A stretch of 64,000 nt of DNA from Lama guanicoe. Taxonomy: Eukaryota. The position numbers and the translations under genes were made by a program. A model generated the notes under the pieces. That model did no database searches. It saw only the letters and a list, made by a program, of their open reading frames with translations, and was not told the origin of the DNA. Shown piece by piece: positions 12,621 to 24,965 of this stretch (within the stretch, counting starts at the first letter, position 1; every line of letters begins with the position of its first letter). The DNA lies in the NCBI GenBank assembly GCA_013239625.1, contig MU053482.1, forward strand, positions 3,991,922-4,055,921, in the 5' to 3' direction.

Positions 12621-13814
12621 ATATCTAGTCTCCACATATATTTTTACATATATATTATCCCTATGTATTTACATAAACTTCACAACACATATTATTCATT
12701 TTGAAATCATTTGCCCCACGTTAAAATCCATTCCACATCTTCGGGGAAGATGCCAGTGGGGTCTGAGATCATTCACTTGGGGAGAGTCAGAAATCAGAGC
12801 AGTCTTGCCCCTGTTAGGGGCTGCAGTGGGGAGGTTGCTTCTTGAGGGTTGCTTACAATGATTTTATTTCTAGGACTCTCCCCATTTTCAACCCTGAACA
12901 TCATCTTGGCTCAGTTGGCTTTGAGTCTCCTAAGATGATCACTGAATTCCACCACGATCATCCAGGACATGACCATGACCATTACTACGTGTACTCGGTC
13001 CTTGACCTTCCCTCCCAGGAGGATGGGGCAAGAGGTCTAGACCTGAAATCTGTAGACACTTCAGCTGAAATGAGGCCTAAATATACACCCAGAGTATCGT
13101 GATCCAGGGTATTGGATCTGGGCATTGACAGCCCAAGACAAGGTTCCACTGATTCCACTGAATCCCACTAACAGCTCCATCCCTTCACCTTCAGTGATGC
13201 AAGGGTTCCTGGCTTGTCTCTCAAGACACCTGCAGCTTCCACTGGCTACAGGGAGCTCTTCTGCTGAGCAATTAAATGAGGGACTGGAGAGTGTTATGTG
13301 AATAAGGACTAAAGACAAGGACACGGGACACCTTGGCTTCTATTTTGGGACAAAACCTATTCTGTCATCTTTGTCTACCAAAGGTCTAGAATCTTGCTAT
13401 GGTCTGGATGAGAATGGAGGTTCTCACTGACACTACTGTCCTGTATTGTGTCTTTAGAAAGAGGCAGAGGAGAAAGTGGGGCACAGTTTCTGCAGAGAGA
13501 ACCGTCAAACAAGTGTTCGGCTGGAGAGTTCCCCTCAGTCTGCTGGGGGCCTTTTTCAGAACAAGTTTGTCAAAGTGAGGAAGGAGAGCTAAGAGGAAAG
13601 AGTGTCTTAGAGCAGAGGGACTCTGGAGTCTTCCAGCTCTGGATCCACGCTGAACAGATGTGGACAGGTCACACTGGCAGGGACTCCAGTGAGGGAGCGA
13701 CCCTGAGTAGAGACATCTTAAAATTTGCACCCTACTTTCCTGCCTCACTTGCCTCACTGGCCAGGGCCACAAAATCTTAGCTATCTCACCTATAAAGTGG
13801 GATGTTGAAATACC

Positions 13815-14060
13815 TAATAACAATAGTTGGTGTTATTGAGCACTGTTACGTTTTCTTCACCTGCATTAATGATCTAGTCCTTACAACAAGCTTGCAGGGT
13901 AGGTTCAGTGATTATCCACATCTTACAAATGGCCAAACGGAGGTGCGGTGCTATTAAGCAGTAACTTGTCCACATTCTCACATCGAGTAGCCGGCAAAGC
14001 TGGGATTTGAACCCGGGAGCCTGGCCCCAGTGTCCAGCCTCATTGCCGCCTTGCCAAACT
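13815..14060 (-). mobile_element. MIR SINE
   Basis: tattgagcact...tccttacaacaagcttgcagggtagg...attatccacatcttacaaatg...aaacggaggt...taacttgtcc...gctgggatttgaacccggg. Confidence 0.8.
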
Positions 14061-14689
14061 AGTTACAGTGAAGGGTGGATGTGAGGAGGACCACATGGGA
14101 TGCTACAGACAAGAAATCAGTGCTGAAGAAAGGGACTTCCGTTAATAACCTGAGAGGTGCCCCATCACCCCCATCTTAGCCTCTCCATACTTCTTGTGCA
14201 TCGCTGGGCAGGTCCAAGGTGACGAACACCTTGAAAACCCAGCAAGGGCAGCGATAGCCTTGGGACACTCTTGCTCCAACAGATCCTGGCCCCGGGGTTT
14301 CCTGGGCACCCTCAGGACCTGGGTTCTGGGTGATTGGCTTCCCTCCCAGGGCCACCGACCTTACATCATTAATCCAGCCCCTGTGAGGCTGTCACAAGGT
14401 TCATTCACATGCATAGTAGATAATACCCGTTAGCGATACCCATTAATTAAGCAGAGCAATTTGTTTATAATTAACTTGAGAAATTTATGGCTTTAGAAAA
14501 CAATTACAGGAGCTGATATAAACACATTAGGTAGCGATAGCAATGCCAAATTTAATTGCTTTCAAGAACCACTGATATTAATGCCATGGCCATCACCAGT
14601 CATGTTTGACAGCAGTTTGCAAATTCATCGGTTTGTCTATGAGCCAACACCTCAGGCGTTTTGGAGTGGGAAACGTCAGCCCCTGGAAA

Positions 14690-15055
14690 CTGCTTGTGAT
14701 ACAGTGCTAAGTGAAAAAAGAAGTCCTGAAAATATGGATGATGCACTCCCAATTTGGTAAAAACTTCCTTTGTATATGTACCTTCCCCTCAATGATATAT
14801 ACGCATCATATATATGCGGTACTTGTATTTATGAATGTATGTGTACAAGTGTAAATAAATATACGCCTCTCCGGTGAAAGAAATGCATACAAATTAAAGA
14901 AATACATAGGGAGTACATAGAAAAGAAAGGGCTAAATAGGTGTTGGTGATCTTCCCTGGGTGATGGGACTACTGACTTATTTTTTTTCTCTTTATGACTT
15001 TTTGTATTTTTCAAAAATTTCATAGGAATACTTGAGTCTTTTTATACCCCAAAAA
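14690..15055 (+). mobile_element. L1ME/MC-type 3' UTR fragment
   Basis: gatacagtgctaagtgaaaaaag...ggtgatcttccctgggtgatgggactactgacttattttt...ttttcaaaaatttc. Confidence 0.6.
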
Positions 15056-15286
15056 TAAGGATTATTGTAAGGGTGGAAGTAGAAAAGATTAAAAAAATAG
15101 ATATATTTTCTTTTTCAAGTAAATTACTTTTAAAAAGTAAGCAGAGCTTTCTGTAATAATCGTCTGTGCTAACTCATTGGCATTTTAAGATTAGTTTTAT
15201 TTTTGTATGAGAAAATGATAAAATAAACTCACCACGTTCACAGACATGATCCTCATCACTGGAATATTCCTGCCCTGGTTCTATAG

Positions 15287-15493
15287 TTGGGTAAGAAAAG
15301 CACTACCCTTCAACTTTTAAAAATGTCAGCCTGTGGAAATACTGTGAAAGGCTGTTGGCTTGACTCCCACGCTCCCAGTGACGGCAGATTCAGGATAAAA
15401 CACCCTCTGGTCATGCCGGACGAGGATGAATTCTCAGAAGACTCCTTGAATAAACCTCTTCCTGACAAGCATGTGCACTTCGAAGAGGCGTGA
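15287..15493 (+). CDS. Candidate terminal coding exon of an unidentified gene (LGKKSTTLQLLKMSACG...DEDEFSEDSLNKPLPDKHVHFEEA*)
   Basis: Acceptor-like tcctgccctggttctatAG ends at 15286; only the phase-0 frame stays open (68 codons, TGA at 15491-15493); several retained CpGs; no repeat similarity seen; AATAAA at 15814-15819. The protein is not recognised. Confidence 0.4.
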   Translation: MGKKSTTLQLLKMSACGNTVKGCWLDSHAPSDGRFRIKHPLVMPDEDEFSEDSLNKPLPDKHVHFEEA

Positions 15494-15813
15494 GGACCTA
15501 TCCTTGCCAAATGATGCATCTTCCCAAAATGTCACAAGCGAAGACAAGGGGCATTTAGCTAAAAGCTGTGAATGTCTGCTCAGAAAATGTACTCCCATAA
15601 TGTCAGAGGTCATCTGACCTCTGTTCTTTCCCCAGCTGAGGGAGAATAGTGTGACCGGTGGGGTCACTTGCTAGACAAAGACAGTGCTCGTTATGAACAC
15701 AGATGGGATCCCCTTTCTGTTAACATTCAAAGAACATCGACTTGTCTGTGTCAAGCAGTAGCTTGCATCTTTCGTATTGTGACACATTTACAGTTCCTCT
15801 TCAGCCTCTGCTT

Positions 15814-15819
15814 AATAAA
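15814..15819 (+). terminator. Candidate polyadenylation signal for the putative terminal exon
   Basis: AATAAA about 320 nt after the stop, followed by a GT-rich stretch (ctggtgttctc). Confidence 0.3.
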
Positions 15820-15837
15820 GATCTTTAAGCCCATGAT

Positions 15838-16095
15838 CTGGTGTTCTCTAAAGTGTAGTCACTGGAACATTCATTTGGCTAGGTGTTCCTTGAAAAAGAT
15901 TCTGTAGTTCAGAAAGTTTGGGGAAACCCTGATTATTCTTTCCCCTCTTGGAGATCCGTAATGGTCTCAGTTTATCGAAGTCTTGGAGGAGTCCCACAGT
16001 CAATAAAGAAGCTTGTTCATCCTTGTTTGATAGGGTGTTTTCCCAACTTGTTTGTGCGTAGAATGTTCTTGGTCCTATAACATCTCTTAACACCT
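15838..16095. mobile_element. MER103C-like hAT-Charlie palindromic element
   Basis: aggtgttccttgaaaaagattctgtagttcagaaagtttggggaaaccctg...cccctcttggagatcc...taaagaagcttgttc...gtgttttcccaacttgtttg. Confidence 0.7.
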
Positions 16096-16529
16096 GAATT
16101 ACACCTGAATTTAGTGTTCCTGAAGTTTGTATCTGGGAAAAGGCAATGAGTTCATTTACTGGGAAAGTGCGGAACCACTAAATTTAGGACTGTACCAGCT
16201 GGACAAGTTATTTCACCCACACCTCACTGGGTTGTTGACAGAATATACCTAGCATGGAACAGACCCTCAACAAAAATTCAGAAAAGTTGAATCCGAGGAA
16301 ACTCTAAAGACCAGACCAGGGAAGTGATGTGCTCTGTTGAAACGCACAATCAAGGCTCTGTTTTATTTTATGACAGATGCAGAGAGACATTTTAACATCA
16401 AGCCAAGTAGAATGCTGTCTGTAAAACTTTATTCATGTGACAGTGAGTCATTCTCTTGCTTGATATGAAAACAGAACTGTGGGCCTGGATAATCCAAGGT
16501 GTCTCATCATTTTAGGGGCAGAATCAATG

Positions 16530-16910
16530 ATGGCTGTGAAGCCGCATGGTCTGTCCAAGGTCACAGTACTATTAAGGGGTCCAAGACTTGAAAACTCGAG
16601 TCTTCTAACTCCAACCCTGGGACATCTCAGGCTCTGATCCCTCATCCATGCTCTCTGGTGCTGCCGCCTGGAGGTGGCATAATGTGGTGGAACACACAGG
16701 GTCTTCCAGATGAGGGAGCTTTGGATTTAAACCATGGCTTGGCAGATTCATGTGACATTAGGCAAGTGGCCTGAACTCAATGTGCCTCAGTTTCCCCTTC
16801 TCTTAAATGGCAATCCTAAACTCACTTCGCAGAGCTATCGAGAAAAAAGAATTTTTTTTAAATTACTGTCACAAGCTCAGTAGGTATGGGATACATTTTA
16901 CCTCCTTTTT
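16530..16910. mobile_element. Two adjacent MIR fragments in opposite orientation (minus about 16530-16655, plus about 16670-16910)
   Basis: ccaaggtcacagtact...gacttgaaaactcgagtcttctaactcc; gtgacattaggcaagtggcctgaactcaatgtgcctcagtttcc. Confidence 0.65.
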
Positions 16911-17499
16911 ATTACCAATTTGAAGAGCTCTTGATTACTTTTTCTCCTCCGGATAAGCATTCCAGTTTTCTCTTCTCTGTGGCTTTGTCACTCTGGAGTG
17001 GTCCTTTAGATCTGAGTAACAAGAACCCTACAATATCAATGGAAGACAAACAGACTTAAATAAATTGCCTGTTGGTGAAAAAATTATGTTGAATACTAAG
17101 GGTGTGAAACTGAGAAAAAGAGAGCGTGTGATTTATCACACCCTGGGCTCTGTCTTCCAGTGGGACTTGTAGATGTGGAAACCTCAGTCACCAGGGACCA
17201 AGGGCCATGCTCTGACCACTGCCTTGTTAGCTCTAGCCCAGGGGAACAGCCTTGCTGACTTGGGCCTTGATGCTGTCACAGGTCAGCATCGGGCTGTTGG
17301 TGCAGACACCAGTGCATTTCCTAGGAGAGTCGTTACTTTCAGGCTGGCAGACGGCTTGTCTTCCCTGATGGTGAGCCAGGACTTAGAGCATTTTGCCGAC
17401 GGCTGCGCCCCAAGGAGCCTTACCAAGGTCTTTGGCTGCAGCACAAGAAGCATTGATTTATTGACTCTCTTGAGACAGGAGTCTTGCTTTCAACATCTA

Positions 17500-18245
17500 A
17501 AGAAACTTCCTCCTTCCTCCATCACCTCCTCTCACTCCACGCTCTCATGCCCTTACTCCAGGCCTCACTTCTCATTTGGTCCATTGTACCAACCTCCTAA
17601 CTGGCCTTCCAGCCCCCTCTCTTGCCCCTTCCTATTGACCCTCTGCAGCCAGAATCGTTTTTCCAAACTTGACATCCAGTGACTCCCTGTGGTTTCCAGA
17701 GAGAACTTCAGAAACTTAGTCTGACATTTAGGATCCTCCAAATCTGGCTAGTCCACCTTTAACCTTATTTTATATTCCTTTCATGTGTGCCTCCTTGGCG
17801 CCAATCATACTGAGTGCCTTGACATTTTTTTTTTCTGTTTATACTCTGTTACTTTAAGTCTCTTTAAGTTATTGCAGTGGCTGTTTCCTCTGGATGGCAT
17901 TTTCCCCCTCTTTGTTACCTTCTAAATTCATCTAAAAGGTTAGCTTTTTGATGTCATCTTCTCATACTCCCTAGGATTAATCATTTTCTCCTTTGGAGTC
18001 TCACACTGCTCTCTTCATACTCTTCATAAACATTTGGAAAATTTTTCATTTTCCCCACCAGAACCCATTATGAGCTCTTATAGTGCCGGGCCTGCGCTTG
18101 TTCTGTTCAGCCTGCCCAGTGCTCATCAGTTTCTGGAGCATAGTTGTCTGCTCCTTGAATGGATGGATTGATGGATGAATGAAGGATTGGGTGGATAGAT
18201 TAATGGATGGATGGGTGAATGCATGGATGGATGGATGGATGAGAT
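17500..18245 (+). mobile_element. L2 3' region ending in an expanded (TGGA/TGAA)n microsatellite (18157-18245)
   Basis: caacctcctaactggccttcc...ctctgcagccagaatcgttt...tgagctcttatagtgccgggcc...cccagtgctcatcagtttctggagcatag; ggatggatgg tract. Confidence 0.75.
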
Positions 18246-19054
18246 GTCACAGAGGAAGAAGAGAAAAAGAAGTCAGTCTCTCCCTGCCAAGACTCAGGCG
18301 GCAGAAAGTAAGGAAGGTAGGGAGAAAACCACCATAGCAGACATGGTGAGTAAAAGTCCAAACCATGGAGGGGGATTTTGCTCTCATCTCTGAATTGCTC
18401 ACAGTCCAGCATAGTGTCTGGCACACAGGAGATGTTCAGTAAATGCTTACCGAGTACATGAGGAAGCATGTGTGCAAAACGTGTGGAACCCAAAGCAGGT
18501 ATATTCTCCCCCAGGAGCAATAAATGATCTGGAGAACTCTTCTCTCTGAGCATCACTGAGAGAGAATTCCATGATTTCCATGGATGCCAAGTTATGTCTA
18601 GGGGCTCAGGTAGCTTTGATTGATTTTTCTCTTATTCTTTGTGTGTGTCTTTGTGTGTGACTACCATTCTCAGACACTGAGTATTTTCAGGTGGGTAGCT
18701 CTGGGCTGTCGAGTAGAAGGCCTTCCCCTCCTAAGCATGGAAGCTTGAGCCAAGAGAAGACATCAGTATTTCCTGATGGTGGGACTAGAAGAATTGGACA
18801 TAGTGCTACTGCTCTGTTTCACCTCTCCCTGTGGAATATTAGGTATTGAGGCTTCGAAATAGAGGTTCAGCCCCAGTTCTAAAGAATTAAAACAACAAAA
18901 TGGGATGTGAGACAAAGAAATTTCTTTACAAAAGGTTTTGAGAAAGGGACATGCTTGCATTGGATGGATTCATTTGCTAAAGGGTTCAGGCTGGCTTAGA
19001 TGTTTTGTCTTTGTTGAGGAAGATAGCAATACAAAATCCAATTTCCATATCTTT

Positions 19055-22000
19055 TATTTATTTATATATATATATTTATTAAAGTATAGTTGTGTCAATT
19101 TCTGGTGTACAGCACAGTGCTTCAGTCATACATGAACATACATATATTCGTTTTCATATTCTTTTCCACAGTAAGTTACTACAAGATATTGAATATAGTT
19201 CCCTATGCTATACAGTATGAATTTGTTGTTTATCTATTTTATATATATTTGTTAGTATCTGCAAATCTTGAACTCCCAACTTATTTCATCCCACCCCATT
19301 CCCCACCTGGTAACCATGTTTGTTTTCTATATCTATGAGTCTGTTTCTGTTTTTGAAATAAGTTCATTTGTCTTTTTTTTTAGAGTCCACATGTAAGTGA
19401 TATCATATGGTATTTTTCTTTCTCTTTCTGACTTACTTCACTTAGAATGACATTCTCTAGGGACATCCATGTTGCTGCAGATGGCATTACATTGTCGTTT
19501 TTATGGCTGAATAGTATTCCACTGTATAAATATACCACACTTCTTTATCCAGTCATCTGTCGATGGACATTTAGGTTGTTTCCATGTTTTGGCTATTGTA
19601 AATAGTGTTGCTGTGAACATTGGGGTGCATGTATCTTTTTAAATTAAGGTTCCCTCTGTATATATGCCCAGGAATGAGATTGCTGGATCACATGATAAGC
19701 CAATTTTCAGTCTTTTTAGTCTCCATTCTGTTTTCCATAATGACTGCACCAAACTACATTCCCACCAGCATTGTTGGAGGATTCCCTTTTCTCCACAGCA
19801 TCTCCAGCATTTATCATTTGTGGGCTTTTTAATGATGGCCATTCTGACCAGTGTGAGGTGATGCCTCATTGTAGTCTTAATTTGCATTTCTCTGATAACT
19901 AGCATTATTGAGCATTTTCTCATGTGCCTGTTGGGCATTTGTATGTCTTCATTGGAGAACTGCTTGTTTAAGTCTTCTGCCCATTTTTGGATTGGGCTGT
20001 TTGTTTTTTTCTTATTAAGTTGTGTGAACTGTTTATATATTCTGGAAATTAAGCCCCTGTCAGTCTCATCTTTTGAAAATATTTTCTCCCATTCCGTAGG
20101 TTGTCATTTTGTTTTGCTTATGGTTTCCTCTTCTGGGCTAAAACTTTAAGTTTAATTAGGTCCCATTTGTTTATTTTTCTTTTTATTTCTATTGCCTGGG
20201 TTGATTGCCCTGGGAGAACATTGCTAAGATTTATGTCAAATAATATTTTGCCTGTATTTTCTTCTAAGAGGTTTATAGTGTTTTAAGTCTTTAAGCCATT
20301 TTGAGTTTTTTTTGTGTATGGTGTGAGGGAGTATTCTAACTTCACTGAGACTATTTTTACTCCATTGTATGTTCTTACCTCCTTTGTCAAAGATTAATTG
20401 ACCAAAAGTTTGTGGGTTTATTTCTAGGCTCTCTATTCTCGGCCATTGATCCATATGTCTGTATTTGTACCAATATCATACCGTTTTGATTACTGTAGCT
20501 CTGTAGTATTGTCTGAAGTCTGGGAGGGTTATTCCTCTAGCTTCATCCTGTTTCTTCAGTATTGCTTTGGCAATCCTGAGTCTTTTGTGATTCTGTATAA
20601 ATTTTAGGATTATTTGTTCTAGTTCTGTGAAAAATGTCATGGTTAATTTGATAGGGATCTCATTAAATTTGTAGATTGCTTTGAGTAGTACGACCATTTT
20701 AACAATATTAATTCTTCCAGCCTAAGAACGTGGGATATCTTTCCATTTCTTTAAGTCATCTTTAATTTCCTGAGTCAATGTTTTATAATTCTCTTCATAT
20801 AAGTCTTTCACTTTCTTGGTCAGATTTATTCCTAAGTATTTTATTTTGGGGGGATGCAATTTTAAAAGGGATTGTTTCTTTACTTTTCTTTTTTGATATT
20901 TCATTGTTAGTGTAGAGAAATGCAACTGATTTCTGTATGTTAATCTTGTATCCTGCTACCTTACCGAATTCTTTTATCAGCTCTAGTAGTTTTTGTGTGG
21001 AGCCTTTAGGGTTTTCTATATATAGTATCATGTCATCTGCATATAATCACAGTTTTACCTCTTCTCTTCCAATTTGAATCCTTTTTATTTCTTTTTCTTG
21101 TCTAACTGCTATGGCTAGGACTTCCAATACTATATTGAATAGAAGTGGTGAGAGTGGGCATCCTTGTCTTGTTTCAGATTTTAGTGGGAAGGCTTTCAAT
21201 TTTTCACCATTGGGTATTATGTTGGCCATAGATTTGTTATAAATAGCTTTTATTATGTTGAGATATGTTTCCTCTGTATCCACTTTGGTTAGAGTTTTTA
21301 TCATAAATACGTGTTGAATTTTATCAAATGCTTTTACTGCATCTATTGAGATAATCATGTGATTTTTGTCCTTTCTCTTGTGGATGAGGTGTATCACGTT
21401 GATTGATTTGTATATGTTGAACCATCCTTGTGTCCCTGAGATGAACTTGATCATGGTCTATGATCTTTTTTATGCGTTATTGGATTCTGTTTGCTACTAT
21501 TTTGTTGAGGATTTTTGCATCTATGTTCATCAATGATATTGGCCTATAGTTTTCTTTTTTGATAGTGTCTTTGTCTAGCTTTGGTGTCAGGGTGATGGTG
21601 GCTTCATAGAATCAGTTTGGGGGGTATTCCTTCCTCTCAATATTTTGGAATAGTTTGAAAAATATTGGTATGTGCTCTTCTTTGTATGTTTGATAGAATT
21701 CCCCAGTGAAGCCATCTGGTCCTGGACTTTTGTTTGCAGGGAGGTTTTTTAATTTCTGACCCTATTTCAATTCTAGTGATTGGCCTGTTCAAACAATCTA
21801 TTTCTTCTTGATTCAGTTTTGGTGGACTGTAGGTTTTTAGATACTTGTCCATTTCTTCTAAATTGTCCAATTTATTGCCATATAGTTTTTCATAGTATTC
21901 TTTTATGATTTTATTTTGTATTTCTGTGATGGTTGTAATTTCTCCATTTTCATTTCTTATTTCATTTGTGTGCTCTCTCTTTTCTTGGTGAGCCTGGCCA

Positions 22001-22479
22001 GAGGTTTGTAAATTTTGTTTACTCTTTCAAAGAAAAAAAACAGCTCTTGGTTTGATTGATATTTTCTGTTGTTTTTTAATCTCTATTTTATTTATTTCCT
22101 CCCTGATCATTGTTATTTCTTTCCTTCTGCTGACTTTAGGTTTTGTTTGTTCTTCTTTTTCTAATTCTTTTAGGTGGTAGGTTATGTTGTTTATTTGAGA
22201 TTGTTCTCTTTTGAGGAAGGCCTGTATCGCTATGAACTTCCCTCTTAGGACTGCTTTTGCTGCATCCCACAGATTTTGTGTGGTTGTATTTTCATTGTCA
22301 TTTGTTTCAGATATTTTAATATTTCTTCTTTGATTCCATCATTGACCCATTGGTTTTTTTAGTAGCATGTTGTTTAGTTTCCATGCTGTCATTTTCTTAT
22401 TTGTTTTTCTGTGGTTGATTTCTAGTTTCATGCCACCGTGGTCAGAGAAGATGCTTGAAATAATTTCTAACCCCTTAAA
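19055..22479 (-). mobile_element. 5'-truncated, relatively young L1 (ORF2 from the end of the endonuclease domain through RT and the Cys domain, plus 3' UTR); disrupted by stops and indels
   Basis: Minus-strand ORFs give ORF2p peptides ([69 protein letters not shown]); probable TSD ttccatatc(c)ttt at 19043-19054 and 22480-22492. Confidence 0.97.
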
Positions 22480-22559
22480 TTCCATATCCTTTAGATACAA
22501 GAGAAAAGGGACTTTGAAAGGACCATGTACTCCTTTTTACAGGACTTCTTAGGTCAACA

Positions 22560-22760
22560 AAATACTTAAGGGCTTCTACCTGGGGCAGACACTATGCTGT
22601 GCATTTTTCCTATGTTACCTTATTTCTGCCTCACAGAATTCTATGCAGAGATTCAGATAGGCTAAGCCACTTGCCCAAAGTTACTAAGCAAGTAAGTGGT
22701 AGAACCAGGACTTGAACCCCAGGAGGTCTGGCTCCCACGCTAGGCTCTTTCTTTCCCACC
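22560..22760 (-). mobile_element. MIR SINE
   Basis: gctaagccacttgcccaaagttactaagcaagtaagtggtagaaccaggacttgaaccc. Confidence 0.75.
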
Positions 22761-23443
22761 CTGCTTCCTCTGACAAAGGATGTCTGCTACTGTGTGTCTT
22801 GTCCAACATCCTCTGTTCTGGGCTCCAAGCCAGCTCATCCTTATCTGGCTGACTGGCTTACTGCTCCCCAGCCCAGGTTTCTCAGGCCTCATCCTCCTTC
22901 TTGAAGCCCACTTTTTTGATCCCCATCACATGTAGTTTTCAACATAGCCCAGGATCCAGAGTCTCACCTTCAGAATCTCCCTGTTAGCCAAGTCATTTTC
23001 CAGCATCATTTCTGACTGTGGGCTTCTCAGACTCTGTCTTGGATAATGTATTCACTTCCCATTTTCTAGCTACCAGCTCTCCTGCTTACTACAGGATAAA
23101 ATTGACAACTGTCCTCTCTGTTTTCATCTGGAGAAGCTGGTACTTCACACCCAGTTCTCCATGAGGAGAGCTCGTTGGTCAGGGCTCCAGTCCTGGGTGG
23201 GAAAGTTTCTTCTAGGCTGAACTAGCTAGAACTGATGACCTTGGAACTGTACCCTCATTCCCAAGTCCAAGCCCTCGGCTGGGCTTTCCCTATTTCCCCA
23301 CACCTGTTTCTGTGCATGCTTCCTGTTTCCCCATGTTTCTCTTTGACTTTGAGTCAGGAAATTTGACAATTCTGCTTTTAGCCTTTTCTTGAGACTTCCA
23401 AGGGGGGACTCAGGCTGCCAGTCCATGATTTTGTCTCTTGGGC

Positions 23444-23955
23444 TGTGGAAAGAACTTACTACTCAGTCAGTACTCTCCTTACATGCCTTCTCACCTCTTT
23501 CTGCTTTGCCTGGTACAGTTGCCAGCACCAGACTGTGGGTGGGTACCAGATGCTATGGATGCTCTACCCATCACTTCTCCCCAGTCACTACTTAGTTAAT
23601 ATACTTCCCTCTGCAATATGGGTAACTCTCTGCCTGAGAGGAAGGCTGGAAGGACTCGGGAGCTAACACCCCTGGGAGCAGCCCTCAGCCAGTGATGGAT
23701 GGGAATGGGGGGACAGACATCCCAGCTTCCTTGTCTCTCAAGGGAAACAGCCTGAGGTGTATTGTACATGACTAGGTGTCCCTGATGCAGTTACCTTTGG
23801 TTCCCTGAAACAGTGATCTGCTCATCTGCTCACCCGAGTTGACTCCCTTCCTGTCCCTATCTCCCTTTTCACTCTCCTAAAAGTACTTCCTGTACAAACT
23901 GCTCCTACTCAAATCCTTCTTAGGGTCTGCTTCTAGGGGAAGCCACCCTAAGACA
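23444..23955 (+). mobile_element. LTR33-like ERVL solo LTR
   Basis: TG...CA ends; cagccctcagccagtgatggatgggaat...catcccagcttcc; 3' end ctcaaatccttcttagggtctgcttctaggggaagccaccctaagaca. Confidence 0.8.
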
Positions 23956-24834
23956 GGGTCCTAAAGCTGATGTCCTCAATGGCTTCGGCATGCACAAGGC
24001 TCCTTTTCAGTGGGATCACAGTCTCTAAACTCCCGAGTAGTTTCAGGACCCAGTCAGTGCACATGCCAAAGCTCCAGCCAGCGTGGGAGTAGAAAAAGAA
24101 ATTGTTGAACATAGTCATCTTTAATGGAAGCAAGTTATGGAGCTAATAATACTGATATTTTCAATGGGCTGAATTAAATTATGCTTCCCATCTTGTATCT
24201 TAATTAAAGGGATAAAAACTGGTTTACATTTTAATTAGCAAGTATGTCTTGGAAAGACTTAAATTAATATGAGAGTCATCACCATAGGAGAGCAGCCCAC
24301 TGCCAAGATTCATGAGGCCTGGGAGAGTGCGGGGAACAGAATGGGGCTGTTGGCTTGAATACACACGGCCATGGATTGGATGGGAACTCGGAAACCTTTG
24401 AATTTTCTGAGAGATAAAAGGGGGAGCCTGGTGCACAGCTGAGAGGCATGACCATTTCCTTGTTATGAAGTGTCCACTTTCTCCACGTGAATTTTCTTTA
24501 AGACATGTGAACACTCGATCTAGAAAATGTGAGAGTAACAGGGAACTGTTTGGAGGACTCTGCCTTGGCAGTCTTCTTGGGTGAGAGTTCCTGGGGGTTG
24601 TGGAAGCCTTGTCGGCAGAGCCTGAGAACCAAAGGGGCTTTGCTGTGGAGCTAGCCTAGTAGTGCCTCCAGTAAATGTCCTGTGCTGGTTTCAGAGAGGA
24701 GCCAGGTTCCGGTGGCTGTGTCTTTTCCTCTGTCCTTTCCTCCATGAGGAAAATGGCCTGGGACCACGCTTGCTGGCTCCCACTGCGTGTGAAAGGGCTG
24801 AGGCAGTCCAGTTGGCAAATTATTATTTGTTAGC

Positions 24835-24965
24835 TTTACTTTAAAAAAAAAGTCACAAATAATACATACTTATTAAAAAATTGACAATACATATAAGCAA
24901 AGAAGAAATTCACAATAAAAAGTGTAATCCCATCACCCAGAGATAATCGCTGGTAACACTTTGGT
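24835..24965 (-). mobile_element. L1ME-type 3' end fragment
   Basis: taatacatacttattaaaaaatt...taatcccatcacccagagataatcgctggtaacactttgg. Confidence 0.6.

Noticed and set aside
17173..17682. 169-aa plus-strand ORF
   Set aside because: The 3' third runs through an L2 fossil and there are no coding hallmarks.
19639..21870. Reverse-transcriptase-like ORFs as a functional gene
   Set aside because: They are fragments of one 5'-truncated L1 ORF2 with stops, frameshifts and deletions.
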